NCBI GenBank assembly: GCA_965223905.1
Contig: CBDCXV010000010.1
Coordinates: 288,001 to 352,000, forward strand
Reading direction: 5' to 3'
Length of the DNA stretch: 64,000 bases
Origin: Candidatus Latescibacterota bacterium
GTDB taxonomy: Bacteria > Latescibacterota > UBA2968 > UBA8231
Below the pieces are notes generated by a model that searched no databases, was not told where the DNA came from, and saw nothing but the letters and a program-made list of their open reading frames with translations. The position numbers and the translations under genes are program-made. Below, one piece after another: positions 1 to 10,873 of the stretch. Every line of letters begins with the position of its first letter. Position 1 is the stretch's first letter.

Positions 1-245
1 TCGAACCGGGAAGCCCCAGCCGGCTGGCCACCTCCAACGGCAGCGTCAAGGTGACCCTGGATTCAGAGCCGAGCCTGAAGCTGGCGGCGTCGACGGTAAA
101 CGGCCGGGTCCGCTGCGGGCTGCCCGGCTTCGCCGCCTCGGTCGATACCGGCCGCAAGCTCGAGGGGACGGCGGGAAAGGCGGAGGCCGAGCTGACCCTC
201 GAGACCAGCAACGGCTCCATTGCGATCCAGCCCTACAAGGATTGA
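1..245 (+). CDS. DUF4097-type beta-strand repeat protein, C-terminal part (5' end outside window)
   Basis: Repeated TSNGSV/STVNGRV/TSNGSI motifs; adjacent to a SHOCT-like gene. Confidence 0.7.
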   Translation, partial: EPGSPSRLATSNGSVKVTLDSEPSLKLAASTVNGRVRCGLPGFAASVDTGRKLEGTAGKAEAELTLETSNGSIAIQPYKD

Positions 246-257
246 AAGGAGTACTCA

Positions 258-676
258 TGAACGAGAACAGCAGACGCGTGCTCGAGATGCTGGCGGAGGG
301 CAAGGTTACCGTCGACGAAGCGGAGCGCCTGATCTCCCTGGTCGACGAAGAACCCGTGGCCGCAGCATCGACGCAGCAGATAGCGCACCTGGCCCCGGGA
401 GCGGCGAGATTTCTGAGAGTCACCATCGACTCGGAGGGAGGGGACCACGTCGACGTCCGGGTGCCCCTGGCCCTGATCAAGGCCGGAGTCAAGCTGCACA
501 CCCTGCTGCCGGAGCAGGCGGCGAAAGGAATCAGTCAGACGATGAAGAAAAAGGGTATCGACGTCGACCTTCACGACCTGCGAACCGACGGCCTCGAGCA
601 GTTGATAGATGCACTGAGCGAAATCGAGGTCAACGTCCAGGACGGGGAGGACAAGGTCCGGGTCTATTGCGAGTGA
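258..676 (+). CDS. SHOCT-like domain protein (YvlB/DUF2089-neighbourhood type)
   Basis: RRVLEMLAEGKVTVDEAERLI N-terminus, VDVRVPLAL, DKVRVYCE C-terminus; AAGGAG RBS. Confidence 0.75.
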
Positions 677-790
677 TCCTCCCACCTCCGCGATGGACCT
701 GCAGACCCCCCTGACAGGTCAAGCCGGCTTCAAACAGCCGTTCCCAACCTTGCCGGCGGCACCGGTATTTCTGTTCATACGCCCCACGCA

Positions 791-841
791 TTGACAATGA
801 CCGACACCCCCTGTCCGGAACGGTTCCGGACAGGGGGTGTC
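791..841. promoter_or_regulatory. TTGACA box followed by an 18-bp perfect inverted repeat
   Basis: TTGACA 791-796; GACACCCCCTGTCCGGAA-CGG-TTCCGGACAGGGGGTGTC at 803-841. Confidence 0.5.
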
Positions 842-864
842 CCTGAAACCGTCCGGACGATACC

Positions 865-1644
865 GTGGAAATAGGATACCTGGTCAGCAGTTTCGAGCAG
901 CTGGATTCAGCCCTGGAGTGGGGCTACGACTACGCCGAGTGGAACCCCCCCGGGATCGGCTTCGAGGCGGAGGATGCCGCCGAGACCGCCCGCCGCCTCG
1001 GCGCTTCCCGCCTGCCGGTGGAGACCATCTGCGGCTTCATCGCCGATCCGGAAGAACGCGGTCTCATGGTGGTCGGGCCGTACCGCGACCTGCAGCGCCT
1101 GCGGGAGTACGTCACCGGGCTGTTCGACCGCATGCAGGCCGTCGGGGTGGAGGCGATCGGGTACGGCAGCGGCGGTTCGCGCTGGGTCCCTGCCCGCTTC
1201 GACCGCGGCCGCGCGCGCGGGCAGGTGCGCGAGTTTCTCGAGCTCTGCGGCGAGATCGGGGCGGGCCGCGGCGTCGTCACCGCCCTGGAGCCGTACAACC
1301 GCGACGACGCCAACCTCCTCAACACGGTCCCTGAGGCCTGCGACCTGGTCCGTGAGATCGGCCACCCCAACGTCCGCCTGATGGCCGACTTCTTCCACAT
1401 GAAGCTCAACGGGGAGTCGTTCGAGGAACTCGACGAGGCCGGCCCCTTCCTCGCCCACGCCCACATCGCGGAGCCCGGCCGCGGGCGCCCGCAGACCTAC
1501 CCGTCCGATCACTCGGAGTACCTGCGTGCCCTGCGCCTGGCCGGGTACGACGGCAGGGTGACGGTGACGGGAGAGCTTCCGGCCTACGAGTCGCCCGCCG
1601 AAATCGCGCTGGCCTTGAAAACCGCGGCCTCGGCTCCCCTGTAG
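865..1644 (+). CDS. Sugar phosphate isomerase/epimerase (xylose isomerase-like TIM barrel)
   Basis: ALEPYN, ADFFHM and HAHIAE metal-binding motifs. Confidence 0.85.
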   Translation: MEIGYLVSSFEQLDSALEWGYDYAEWNPPGIGFEAEDAAETARRLGASRLPVETICGFIADPEERGLMVVGPYRDLQRLREYVTGLFDRMQAVGVEAIGYGSGGSRWVPARFDRGRARGQVREFLELCGEIGAGRGVVTALEPYNRDDANLLNTVPEACDLVREIGHPNVRLMADFFHMKLNGESFEELDEAGPFLAHAHIAEPGRGRPQTYPSDHSEYLRALRLAGYDGRVTVTGELPAYESPAEIALALKTAASAPL

Positions 1645-1799
1645 GGCCCTCGGTAAGCGGTTTTGATTCCCGGCAGTTTTCTCAATCCCGCCGGTCGCGG
1701 AGCACGCCCCGGGGCACAGGCAAACGCGATCGTTCCAGGATCTTGCGGTTTCGCCGATGTGATGGGTGAAGGGCTGAAGGCCCCCGGGTTCAGGCAACG

Positions 1800-2485
1800 G
1801 TGAACGCGCCATCCTTCAACTACAGCCGCGTCGTCGACCTGTCGCGGCCCCTCGACACCGGGCCGGACCAGCACCCTGGTTCCGCTACGAAACCGGGATC
1901 GACAGCATCCTCTCCGACCCGGAGTCCGCGCCGCCCGAGGGTCGCTGGTACGTGGTGACCACCCTGCGCATGAGCGGCCACGCCGGCACCCACGTCGAGG
2001 CGCCCCTGCACGCGGTCGAGAACGGGGCCTCGGTCGGCGAAGTGCCGGTGGAGCGTTTCTTCGGGGAGGCGGTGGTGCTCGATCTGACCGCGGTTCCCTG
2101 GGGGAGGCCGCTGGAGCCGGAGGTGGTGCGGGAAGCCGCGGCCAGGGCGGGTGGGATCCGCCGCGGCGACATCCTCTTCCTGCACTTCGACTGGGACCGG
2201 CGGCAGGGGGCGGAACAGGGGCACCCGTTCCCCTCGAACGAGGCCCTCGAGTGGCTGGTGGCGGCGGACGTCAAGCTGGTCGGCATCGATTCCCCCGGCC
2301 TCGAGGTGGCCGGGCGCCGCGACCTGCCGAACCACCGCACCCTGTTCGACAGGGGAATCCCCCTGATCGAGAGCCTCGTCAACCTCGGCGAGCTGCGCTC
2401 GAGCCGGGTCTACGTGATGGCGATGCAGCTGCCGGCCCTGAAGACGGACGCGATTCCCCTGCGGGTGCTCGCCTTCGAGGCCTGA
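1800..2485 (+). CDS. Cyclase family protein (kynurenine formamidase-like); frameshift near 1880
   Basis: HAGTHVEAPLH, VGIDSP and IESLVNL motifs; N-terminal RVVDLSRPL lies in another frame starting at GTG 1800. Confidence 0.8.
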
Positions 2486-2703
2486 AGTTCCCCTTCCCCC
2501 TTGGCGGCGGCGCCGCTCCTTCCCCTTCTCAGTGAGGGGAGGAGGTTCCCCGCCCGTTCAGCTACACCGCCTCGGCCCGGCGCAGCTTCTGTCTCCTTGT
2601 CGGACGACACCTTCCCCAAGCTCGGCCAGGCCCGCATCGGTTCGGCGCAGTCCCTGCGTCTTCTCCTTGCAGCCGGCGACACCCTCGCCATCGGCCCGGC
2701 CCG

Positions 2704-5196
2704 CTACTGGCGGCGGCGCTCCACCTCCTCCTGCGCCTCCCTGAACAGGGCGATCAGCCGCTCCCTGACCGCCTCCTCCCGGAAGACGCCGATGCGCTGC
2801 GCCCAGGTGATCCCGCCTTCCATGTGCGTCATCAGGTACTGGCCGTCCGCCGGCTCGAAGGCCCCCCGGCCGCCGACGCTGACGTAGACGGGCGACGAGT
2901 GCGCCATCACCGGGCCGGCGTCGGTCAGGTGCGGGCCCCAGCAGCGGGCCGCTACCCAGCAGGGCTTCTCCGTCGTCAGCTTGTGGCGCAGGGTGATCTT
3001 CGTCGTCGGCCCGTGCGCGGTCTCGCGCACGTCGGGAACGCCGTTGACGATCAACTCGACCGCGGTCAGCGGCCAGACCGACTCCGCGATGGCCTCGACC
3101 TCGACGGTGCCGCCGTTGCCGGGCAGGTGGATCTCCTCTCCCATCCCCCGCCCCTCGACCTCGAGGTCGATCATCGCCCCGGTGCTGGCGAAGGTGGTGC
3201 CGCGGCGCACCGCCCGGCACCAGTTGTCGAAGGTGAACTCCTCCCCGCCGGCGAGCCGCGCGTAGGTGCGCGAGCCGCCGAGAACGCGGTCGTTGGACAT
3301 CTTGTCGGTGCCGCCGACTATGGGAAGCTTCTGGCCGACGTTGAGCCAGCGGTAGTACCCGCGCTCCCCCTGGCCGATCCGCTCCCCCTGCCATATCCAG
3401 CACATCTCCGCGGCGTCGGCGTGTCCCATGACGATGTTGGCGGCGTTCTCGAAGTCCGGCACCGGCATGTGGGGCATGATCACCAGCCCCCCCTGGCTCC
3501 TGCAGGCCTCGGCCCAGTCCGCCATCAGGACCTCGATGGCGCCGCCGATCCAGTCCTCCTGGGGGCCGCCGCTGCACAGCGGGGCGACCATCTCCTTGAG
3601 CCCCAGCAGGCTGATGTGGCCGAGCACGTGCTGCCTGTTCTCCTGGCTGACGTAGATCAGGTTCTCGTCGCTGCTGGTCGGCGCCAGTCCCCCGGTGAAC
3701 TCCTCCCAGCTGGTGAACAGCCGCCCCCACTGGCTGGCGAGCAGGTGGGTGACGTTGAGGTCTTCGGCCGCGGCCTCGAGGTGGGCGGATTGCGACGACA
3801 GGAAGTGCACGTGGGTGTCGCCCGAGTAGTAGCCGCGCTCCTTCATGTCGAAGGCCCGCTTCAGGGTCAGCGTCAGGTGCCGCTGCCCCGGCTTGATCTC
3901 CAGCTTGCGGCGCAGGGGCAGGTACTCGAACCCCCGCACCGCCTCGACGTAGACCTCCCCGACCGGCAGGTCGATCTGGCAGGTGCCGTCGATGTAGGCG
4001 TACGGGGTGCCGCGCACCTTGCAGTCCCCGCCGAGGTCCTCGAACCAGGCGGTGTTGATGTCGGCCTGGTGGCCGTGGGGAGCGATGTACGCCCCGTGCG
4101 GCGAGCGGAAGTGCACCCGCGTCCCCACCGGCTTCCCGCTCTCCTCGTCGACGACCCGGACGTGCACCCACTGGTTTCCGCGCGGGCTCACCAGCTCCAC
4201 GCGTACCCCGCCCTGCTCCACCGCGCCCGTCTCGAGCACCTCCCCCCAGCGGATCTCCTCCTCCCCCTCGTCTTCGGTGCGGACGCCCAGCCGGCCTTCG
4301 GCGGAGCCGTGGATCTCGGCGTAGCCGCCGGGCCGGACCTCCTGCTCCCCGAGCCCCCAACCGCGTTCCTCCGAGTCGACGTAGCGTTCGCCGGGGACGA
4401 ACAGCGCGTCCTGGCGGGCGATCACGCCCCGCTCCATCGACAGCTCCGGGGCCTCCGCCCCGCTGCCGGCGGAGATGGCGATCTCCTTCCGCGGCGGCCA
4501 GGCCAGGGGATCGCTAACCTCGTCGCACAGGGTGACGGCGCCGAGCGCCACCGCGGCCGGGCCTGAGGCGGTCAGCACGATCTCCTCTATCCTCCTGTCC
4601 GGGTGGGGGTTCTCCCAGTCGAACAGCCACCAGCCCTCGAGGTCGCTGCCGTTCTCCGTGACCGTGCCGACCTGGTTGCGGCCCCAGGGACCGGTCTTGT
4701 CGTGGAGCGGAACCGACAGGAACTCGCGGCAGTTGCGGCAGGCGAACGGGTGGTGCCCCCAGGGCACGTTGACGTCGTGGATCTCGAAGCGGCGGCGCAG
4801 CTCCTGCTCGACCGCGGACCCGTCCTCGAACAGGATGCGGTAAGCCCCGACCTGCTCGCCGGCCCCCTCGATGGTCGCCCACTCCCCGTTGCAGGGGGAG
4901 CAGACATGCGCGAACAGGAGCCGCCTGGCCCTGGCGCCCACGGCCAGGGTCATTGAGTCCGCGATCTCCCTGCCGCCTCCCCCGGCCACCATGGCGAAAC
5001 GCCTGCTGCTGTCTGCCGTCGCCAAGTGGAAGGGAACCCCCCAGAAGCGGTGCTCCCCGGCCGGCATGTCGGCAAGCCCGGTGCGGTCCGGGTCCCCGGG
5101 AGGACAGGGCCACAACCAGTTGCCGTCGATCTCGACGTTGCCGGCTCCTGCGTTGAGGACGCCCTCGATATTCAGTGGAGTGAAAGCAGCGGACAT
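2704..5196 (-). CDS. CehA/McbA-family PHP-like metallohydrolase
   Basis: SGDTHVH, GHISLL, HMP, GGTD..RTY and AHSSPVYV motifs. Confidence 0.8.
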   Translation of the reverse strand: MSAAFTPLNIEGVLNAGAGNVEIDGNWLWPCPPGDPDRTGLADMPAGEHRFWGVPFHLATADSSRRFAMVAGGGGREIADSMTLAVGARARRLLFAHVCSPCNGEWATIEGAGEQVGAYRILFEDGSAVEQELRRRFEIHDVNVPWGHHPFACRNCREFLSVPLHDKTGPWGRNQVGTVTENGSDLEGWWLFDWENPHPDRRIEEIVLTASGPAAVALGAVTLCDEVSDPLAWPPRKEIAISAGSGAEAPELSMERGVIARQDALFVPGERYVDSEERGWGLGEQEVRPGGYAEIHGSAEGRLGVRTEDEGEEEIRWGEVLETGAVEQGGVRVELVSPRGNQWVHVRVVDEESGKPVGTRVHFRSPHGAYIAPHGHQADINTAWFEDLGGDCKVRGTPYAYIDGTCQIDLPVGEVYVEAVRGFEYLPLRRKLEIKPGQRHLTLTLKRAFDMKERGYYSGDTHVHFLSSQSAHLEAAAEDLNVTHLLASQWGRLFTSWEEFTGGLAPTSSDENLIYVSQENRQHVLGHISLLGLKEMVAPLCSGGPQEDWIGGAIEVLMADWAEACRSQGGLVIMPHMPVPDFENAANIVMGHADAAEMCWIWQGERIGQGERGYYRWLNVGQKLPIVGGTDKMSNDRVLGGSRTYARLAGGEEFTFDNWCRAVRRGTTFASTGAMIDLEVEGRGMGEEIHLPGNGGTVEVEAIAESVWPLTAVELIVNGVPDVRETAHGPTTKITLRHKLTTEKPCWVAARCWGPHLTDAGPVMAHSSPVYVSVGGRGAFEPADGQYLMTHMEGGITWAQRIGVFREEAVRERLIALFREAQEEVERRRQ

Positions 5197-5522
5197 GGCG
5201 ATTCTCCGGGAACAGGAAGCTTGGTGAAGGGCTTCTCAGGGGGGTTAAGCTGGGGACGACGATTTTGCCGGAAACAAGCAGGGCGAATCAGGGTGATTGG
5301 GCGGGCCGGCGCAACGCCGGCCCCGACGGGGCCGGACGCGGCCGTTGAAGGCATCGGACTGATGGCTTCCCCTCTGCGCAACAGTCGCCCGGCCGCGGCG
5401 GTAGCCCCCGGGCGCCGAATCGCACTCAGCGATCGGCCGCGCCGGCGCGCACGCCCCCGTGTCTGCGCAGCAGACCCGCGACCCCCTCGTTCCCCTGCTC
5501 GATCGCGATATCGAGCGCTGCC

Positions 5523-6626
5523 TCACACCCGCTCCTTGAAGTACTTCGCCCCTTTCCTGGCGATCTCGAAGGCGGTCCTGCCGCTCTTGTTGAGGACCGT
5601 GGGGTCGGCTCCCATTTCGAGGAGGGCCTCTGCGGCCGCGGCTCTGCCCTCGTAGGTGGCGCGATGGAGGGGAGTACGTCCCTTCCTGTCCTGGGTGTCG
5701 AGGTCGGCCCCGTGACTGGAGAGCAGTCGTATCATCTCTGCCTGATCGGCCTCGGCTGCCAGTTGGAGCGGCGTGCGCCGCGCCTTGTTCAGGGCGTTCA
5801 CCCCGGCCCCCCGGGCCAGCAACATCTCCGCGCAGGCCATCGATCCTGCCCGTGCCGCCCAGTGCAGCGGGGTCATGCCGTAGTCCTCGGCGGCGCCGAC
5901 GGCCTCGGCGTCCTCGTCGATGAGCTCCTGCAGACGGGACGTATCGTTGAGGGCGCAGGCGGTGTAGACGTCGTAGCAGGCCCCGTCTTCGATCAGGAGG
6001 CGCGCAACCGCAAGCCTGCCCTCCAGTCGCGAAGGGTCCCTCCCCCAGTGGCTCGGCGCGGCCGCTTCATGGAGGGATGTCGTCCCCCGCTCACCGTTCC
6101 CCTTGATCGGCAGCTCGTGATGAACGCCGGCGCCGTACCGGATCAGGAGCCTGGCGCACTCGACATAACCGCCGCACGCCGCCCAGTACATGAGCGAGAG
6201 GTTGTCGGGCCAGCCGACGTGCGGCTTCAGGACCGAAACGCAGGTCGCGTCCGCGGCCCCCGACTCGAAAACCGCCCGGAGGGTATCCTCCATGCCTCCC
6301 CACGCCGCCTCGTGGAGCACGTTGTACGCCGATTCGTCGATCTCCAGGGGCACGTCGTGGGCAAGCAGCAACGTCACCGCAGGGCCGCACCCTCTCATGC
6401 CGGCCACGACCTGAAGCAGATGCTCACCGATGCGGTCGAGCACCTGCGGATTTGCGGTCAGTATCTCCTCCATCCGCTCGACATCGGGAGTGCCGTGCCA
6501 TCGCTTCGGGTCCGGCCCCATCGCCGCGGCGACAAGCTGCCGCTCCGCGAAGTTCACGGTCCGCGCCTCCTCCGTTGGTTCTCGTCTCCTCAAGACCCCG
6601 GAGCGACGCATATAGTCCGGCGGCAA
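5523..6626 (-). CDS. Ankyrin repeat protein
   Basis: Several G.TPLH.AA repeats. Confidence 0.9.
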   Translation of the reverse strand: MPPDYMRRSGVLRRREPTEEARTVNFAERQLVAAAMGPDPKRWHGTPDVERMEEILTANPQVLDRIGEHLLQVVAGMRGCGPAVTLLLAHDVPLEIDESAYNVLHEAAWGGMEDTLRAVFESGAADATCVSVLKPHVGWPDNLSLMYWAACGGYVECARLLIRYGAGVHHELPIKGNGERGTTSLHEAAAPSHWGRDPSRLEGRLAVARLLIEDGACYDVYTACALNDTSRLQELIDEDAEAVGAAEDYGMTPLHWAARAGSMACAEMLLARGAGVNALNKARRTPLQLAAEADQAEMIRLLSSHGADLDTQDRKGRTPLHRATYEGRAAAAEALLEMGADPTVLNKSGRTAFEIARKGAKYFKERV

Positions 6627-6645
6627 CTGCTGGGAAGCGCTCAGG

Positions 6646-7164
6646 CTAATCGAAGATTTCGTCTTCCCGGAACCGGGTCCAGGATTTGAAAACCGGAAAG
6701 GGGGAGGGCAGGTTGTTTCCAGGATCTTTCAGCTTGAAGGAGATCCTCTCCGGGTCGGATACATTCCGGATCGAGATCGAGAACCGCGAGGTTGGAATGC
6801 AGTCCACGCACTCTTTAGGGAACTGCCTTCTCGAGCCCGGTTCGTCGGGATGAATGGTGATCACCGATGTTCCTTCCTGCTCGATGCGGTAACCTTCCGC
6901 AGACACCTCCCACTCGGAAACCGCTCGGTCATCTTCGGAATACTGAGCCCAGAGGGTGATCCCATCGAAGAAATCGAGGACGACTGCTTTTCTTCGATCC
7001 GCGTCCCTGGAAGGCTCGAACTGCCGGAAGGAGCGATCCTCCAGCTCGGTCTTTATCTGCTCTTCTTCCGTTCCGCTGACAGGTTGAGCCGGATCCTCTT
7101 TCCCGCACGAAGAGTCGAGAAGGAGAACGGAGGCGAAGGCAAGGGACTTCCACCATCGCCGCAT
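6646..7164 (-). CDS. Hypothetical secreted protein or lipoprotein
   Basis: MRRWWKSLAFASVLLLDSSC signal-like N-terminus inside track ORF 6646..7551. Confidence 0.55.
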   Translation of the reverse strand: MRRWWKSLAFASVLLLDSSCGKEDPAQPVSGTEEEQIKTELEDRSFRQFEPSRDADRRKAVVLDFFDGITLWAQYSEDDRAVSEWEVSAEGYRIEQEGTSVITIHPDEPGSRRQFPKECVDCIPTSRFSISIRNVSDPERISFKLKDPGNNLPSPFPVFKSWTRFREDEIFD

Positions 7165-7492
7165 CCTCGCACTTCGCAACAGGAGGGGTTCATTATTGAA
7201 CTGTTGGATCCCGGTGGATTTCACTCGGAACCTCCTTTTCGGACGCCTTGATCTGTGTGGACCCGGCGGGGAATTGCATTCCCGAACGTCGCCATTTTCG
7301 CGTGGTCCCGAACCGAGAATCGGCTGGGCGAAACCGTGGTAGGTGCGCCGCGTCGGCTGTTTCCGGCGATCGCGCATCCCATCCAGACTGCTACCGATTC
7401 CTGTTCGACTCGACGGACCCGCCCCTGTTCCGGGGACTTCCAAGGCACCTGACAAAACATGCCGGCCCTCTCGCAGCGGCGGCGCTCGTTTT

Positions 7493-8854
7493 TCAGATGT
7501 AGCCGAAAAGCGGCGGGAAGAGAACGGCGACGACTCCCGCCCAGACGGCATAAACCGGCAGGTAGGCGGTCTGCCAGCGCTCCAGGACGGAGAAGGGGCC
7601 GCTGCCGCGCAGGAAGCGCACGTACAGCCAAGCCGACCACCCCAGGTTGACGAGCAGGATGAGATTCTCCCCGAGGGCCGCCACCTTGTTGGCGCTGAAG
7701 CCGAACTCGGAGATGCGCGCCGCGATCGCGGCCAGGGCCGCGGCGTCGGCGGCGAGGGCGGCGATCAGGAGCAGGAGCTGAAGCAGGTCGAAGAGGCCGG
7801 GAGGCGCCCCGGGGTCGCGCGCGGAGACCGCGTACAGCAGCATGCCGAGTACGAGCACCAGCAGCAGGTCGAAGCCGATCAGCACTTCCCGCTCCACCTC
7901 GATTCCGCTGCCGGTCCAGGCCATGGCCCCCAGGAAGGCGAGCAGGACCGCGGCTAACAGCGGCGTGAACAGGCGCGTCAGCATGGGGGCGATGTTCCCG
8001 GCGACCGTCTGCCTGACTTCCGCCAGCCAGGCGGCGACGAGGACCGCCCCCATGGCCCCGCAGGGCAGCAGCAAGGGTCCAAGCGACTCGATGTCGAGAC
8101 CGATGCCGGCGAACATCATCCCCGTAACCCCCGTCAGCACGCCGCCTCCGAGGGCGATGAGCACGTAGTAGATGAACATCTCCCCGGAGAAACGCACGAA
8201 CTCCATGCGCCGGCCCGAGGAGCCCCAGCGGCCCCCGGTGTGGGCGACGCCGACCGCCAGCCAGAGCGCTATCGGCAGGTGCAGCGCCGTGAGCACCTCG
8301 GTGGCGCCCTCCGGCGAGAAGGGGTAGATGTTGGCGAAGAGGGCGGCCGCGGCGAACGGCAGGGCCAGCCGCAGGCAGTGGGCCCTGCCGAGCCGGCGCT
8401 TCCAGGCGAAGTACCCGGTCAGGAGGATCAACGCCAGAAGGCCGAGGTTGCGGGCGTAGAAGCTTTCGCAGCCCTCGAACATCGAGCAGCCGAACAGCTC
8501 GGGTACCTTCATTGCCACGGCGCCCGCGACGGCCAGCCCGAGGACGACCGCGGTCTCCCCGGGAACGGTCCGGGTCGCAGCCGCGACGGGGCCGGCGACG
8601 AGTTGCTTCCACAGGCCGGCGGCATCCGCCGGGGCGAACCTGCCCGACTGCGGGTCGACGCTGCCGGTCCGCTTGACCGCCACCAGGAATGCTTCGTCTG
8701 GGTCCAGTCCGGCCTGCTCGAGTGCCGCGGCTTCCTCGCGCAGGAGGCGCTCTCGCTCCTCCAGCTCGGACTCGGGGATTCCCCGGCGCCCCACGCAGGC
8801 GCGCCACTCGGAAATCCGCGCTTCGATACCGTTGCTGGCTTTCCCTGTCGTCAT
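7493..8854 (-). CDS. Permease prefix domain 1-containing membrane protein
   Basis: GLDPDEAFLVAVKR.G prefix followed by many hydrophobic segments. Confidence 0.85.
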   Translation of the reverse strand: MTTGKASNGIEARISEWRACVGRRGIPESELEERERLLREEAAALEQAGLDPDEAFLVAVKRTGSVDPQSGRFAPADAAGLWKQLVAGPVAAATRTVPGETAVVLGLAVAGAVAMKVPELFGCSMFEGCESFYARNLGLLALILLTGYFAWKRRLGRAHCLRLALPFAAAALFANIYPFSPEGATEVLTALHLPIALWLAVGVAHTGGRWGSSGRRMEFVRFSGEMFIYYVLIALGGGVLTGVTGMMFAGIGLDIESLGPLLLPCGAMGAVLVAAWLAEVRQTVAGNIAPMLTRLFTPLLAAVLLAFLGAMAWTGSGIEVEREVLIGFDLLLVLVLGMLLYAVSARDPGAPPGLFDLLQLLLLIAALAADAAALAAIAARISEFGFSANKVAALGENLILLVNLGWSAWLYVRFLRGSGPFSVLERWQTAYLPVYAVWAGVVAVLFPPLFGYI

Positions 8855-8885
8855 GAATCTGTCTGGCCTGGAGCGCCCTTGATTT

Positions 8886-9314
8886 TCACAGGGGCCAGTC
8901 CCGCAGGATGCGCTCCGTCTCCTCGGAGTGGGTGCTCTCGTCCCGGACGATATCCTCCAGCTGCACGCAGAGCCCCTTGTCGCCGAACTCCTCCGCCTCC
9001 CGGGCGCGCCGGGTGTAGCAGGCGACCGCCTCGTTCTCGGCGGCGAGCACCGCCTCCAACATCTCCCTGTTCGTCCCTCCGGTCGGCACCTCGGCCGGGC
9101 GCGTCGCCGGCTCTCCCCCGAGAGCGACGACCTTGTTGGCCAGGAACTGCGCGTGGGCCTGCTCGTCGGCGACCTCGGCGAGAAAGAACTGCGACAGCTG
9201 GGGACGGTACGGTCCGGTGACCCTGGCAGCGTAGGTGATGTACTGGATGATTGCGCTCAGCTCGCCGGCAAGGTCCTCGTTCAATCGCCGAATCAGCGTC
9301 TCCTTGCTGCGCAT
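8886..9314 (-). CDS. Ferritin-like/bacterioferritin-family protein
   Basis: E..AIIQY, DEQAH and DESTH di-iron ligands. Confidence 0.85.
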   Translation of the reverse strand: MRSKETLIRRLNEDLAGELSAIIQYITYAARVTGPYRPQLSQFFLAEVADEQAHAQFLANKVVALGGEPATRPAEVPTGGTNREMLEAVLAAENEAVACYTRRAREAEEFGDKGLCVQLEDIVRDESTHSEETERILRDWPL

Positions 9315-10761
9315 CTTCCTCGGGACAGGACAGGAATATCGCTTATGCCCGGAACTCCGGGCAGCAACCCTCAGCGTGGGCTAGGCTCTTGGCTCCCGAC
9401 TACCGCCCAATTTCCGTGCTTTAGTTGAAGAACCAATCGAAGAGTACTCCTAAGAGGCCAACAACAAATGCGCTTAGTGCGATTACGCGAACGAAATACC
9501 AGACAGTATTCATGAAATCCCACAGCCTATCTTTCCAATGCTTCTTCAAAGGTGATCTCCCTCCTCCCGACCTAACTAAGATATCGTGACCCTATGCCGG
9601 GATTACCCATGACTGCTGAAAACCGGATAGAACGGATGGAAGCGCGGATCCGGGAGGCAGGCGAGCTGGCTTCCGACTTCGCCCGCGATCCGCACCGGCC
9701 GGCCTGGCACTTCACGCCGCCGGCCGCCTGGATGAACGACATCAACGGCGCCCTCTACTGGAAGGGGCGCTACCACATCTTCTACCAGCTCAACCCGGAC
9801 GGGGCCTACTGGAACCGCATCCAGTGGGGGCACGCCTCGAGCGCCGACCTCGTGCACTGGGTCCACCATCCTGTGGCGCTGACGCCGGAAGCGGACGGAC
9901 CGGACCGCATCGGCTGCTTCAGCGGCGGCGCCCTGGTCGACAAGGAAGGAGTTCCGACGCTCATCTACTACGGCAACCCCGACGGCCTCTGCCTCGCCCG
10001 CAGCAGCGACGACCTGCTGCTCGAGTGGACGAAAGACCCGGGCAATCCCGTGATCCCCCAGCCGGAAGAAGGGAGCGCGGACTTCGGCCGCTACACCATC
10101 CACGACCCCTGCGGCTGGTTGGAGGGCGGCCTCTACTACGCCGCGGTCAACAGGCGTGACCCTCAAGGCCAGGGGGACGGGGCCTACCTGTTCAGATCGC
10201 GGGAACTGCGGAACTGGGAGTTCGCCGGCCTGTTCTACCAGTCCCGCCGGGAGTGGACGGAGGGAGGCGAGGACTGCGCCGTGCCCGACTTCTTCCCGCT
10301 CGGCAACCGGCACCTGCTGCTCTTCTGCAGCCACCTGCAGGGAACCCAGTACTACATCGGCGAGGTCCGGGAGGAACGGTTTTACCCGGACATCCACGGG
10401 CGCATGAGCTGGGAAGGGGGCCATCTCGGCGGGCCGCGGACCCTGCTCGACGCCCAAGGCCGGCGCGTCTTCTTCGACTGGATCCGCGAGCTGCGCGGCG
10501 TCGAGCGGGAGCGCGCTTCCGGATGGTCCGGCGTCATGACCGCCCCGCGGCTGTTGTCGCTGGATTCGGACGGTCACCTGCAGATCGAACCTGCACCGGA
10601 GCTCGAGGTATTGCGGCTGGATCAGGGCGGGCACGGGCCCGTTGACCTGGCCGCCGATTCCGAGGTGCCAGTGGAAGGGGTCGGCGGCGACTGCCTGGAG
10701 CTGGCAGTCGAGATCGATCCGCTGGTAGTCCCTCAGTTTGAAATATTCTATATTGAGAAGA

Positions 10762-10801
10762 GTGAGGTCCCCCCTGCAATACCATCCGGGGGGGACCTCA
10801 C
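10762..10801. other. Strong subterminal hairpin
   Basis: GTGAGGTCCCCCC pairs with GGGGGGACCTCAC (13 bp). Confidence 0.8.
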
Positions 10802-10804
10802 AGT

Positions 10805-10873
10805 GGGGCAGGCTTAGTGCGCCACCGGGCTTCCGATCCTGGCTAGGCGAGGGTTCGATTCCCTCCTGCTCCA
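10805..10873 (+). tRNA. Atypical tRNA-like cloverleaf (nominal anticodon TCC, Gly); not a canonical tRNA
   Basis: Acceptor GGGGCAG/CTGCTCC+A; T arm GAGGG-TTCGATT-CCCTC; anticodon arm CCGGG-CTTCCGAT-CCTGG; reduced D arm without U8 or GG; no encoded CCA. Confidence 0.7.

Noticed and set aside
10805-10873. Ordinary tRNA-Gly acting as a genomic-island attachment site
   Set aside because: It lies inside the TIRs, lacks canonical D-arm features, and there is no duplicated 3' end or integrase
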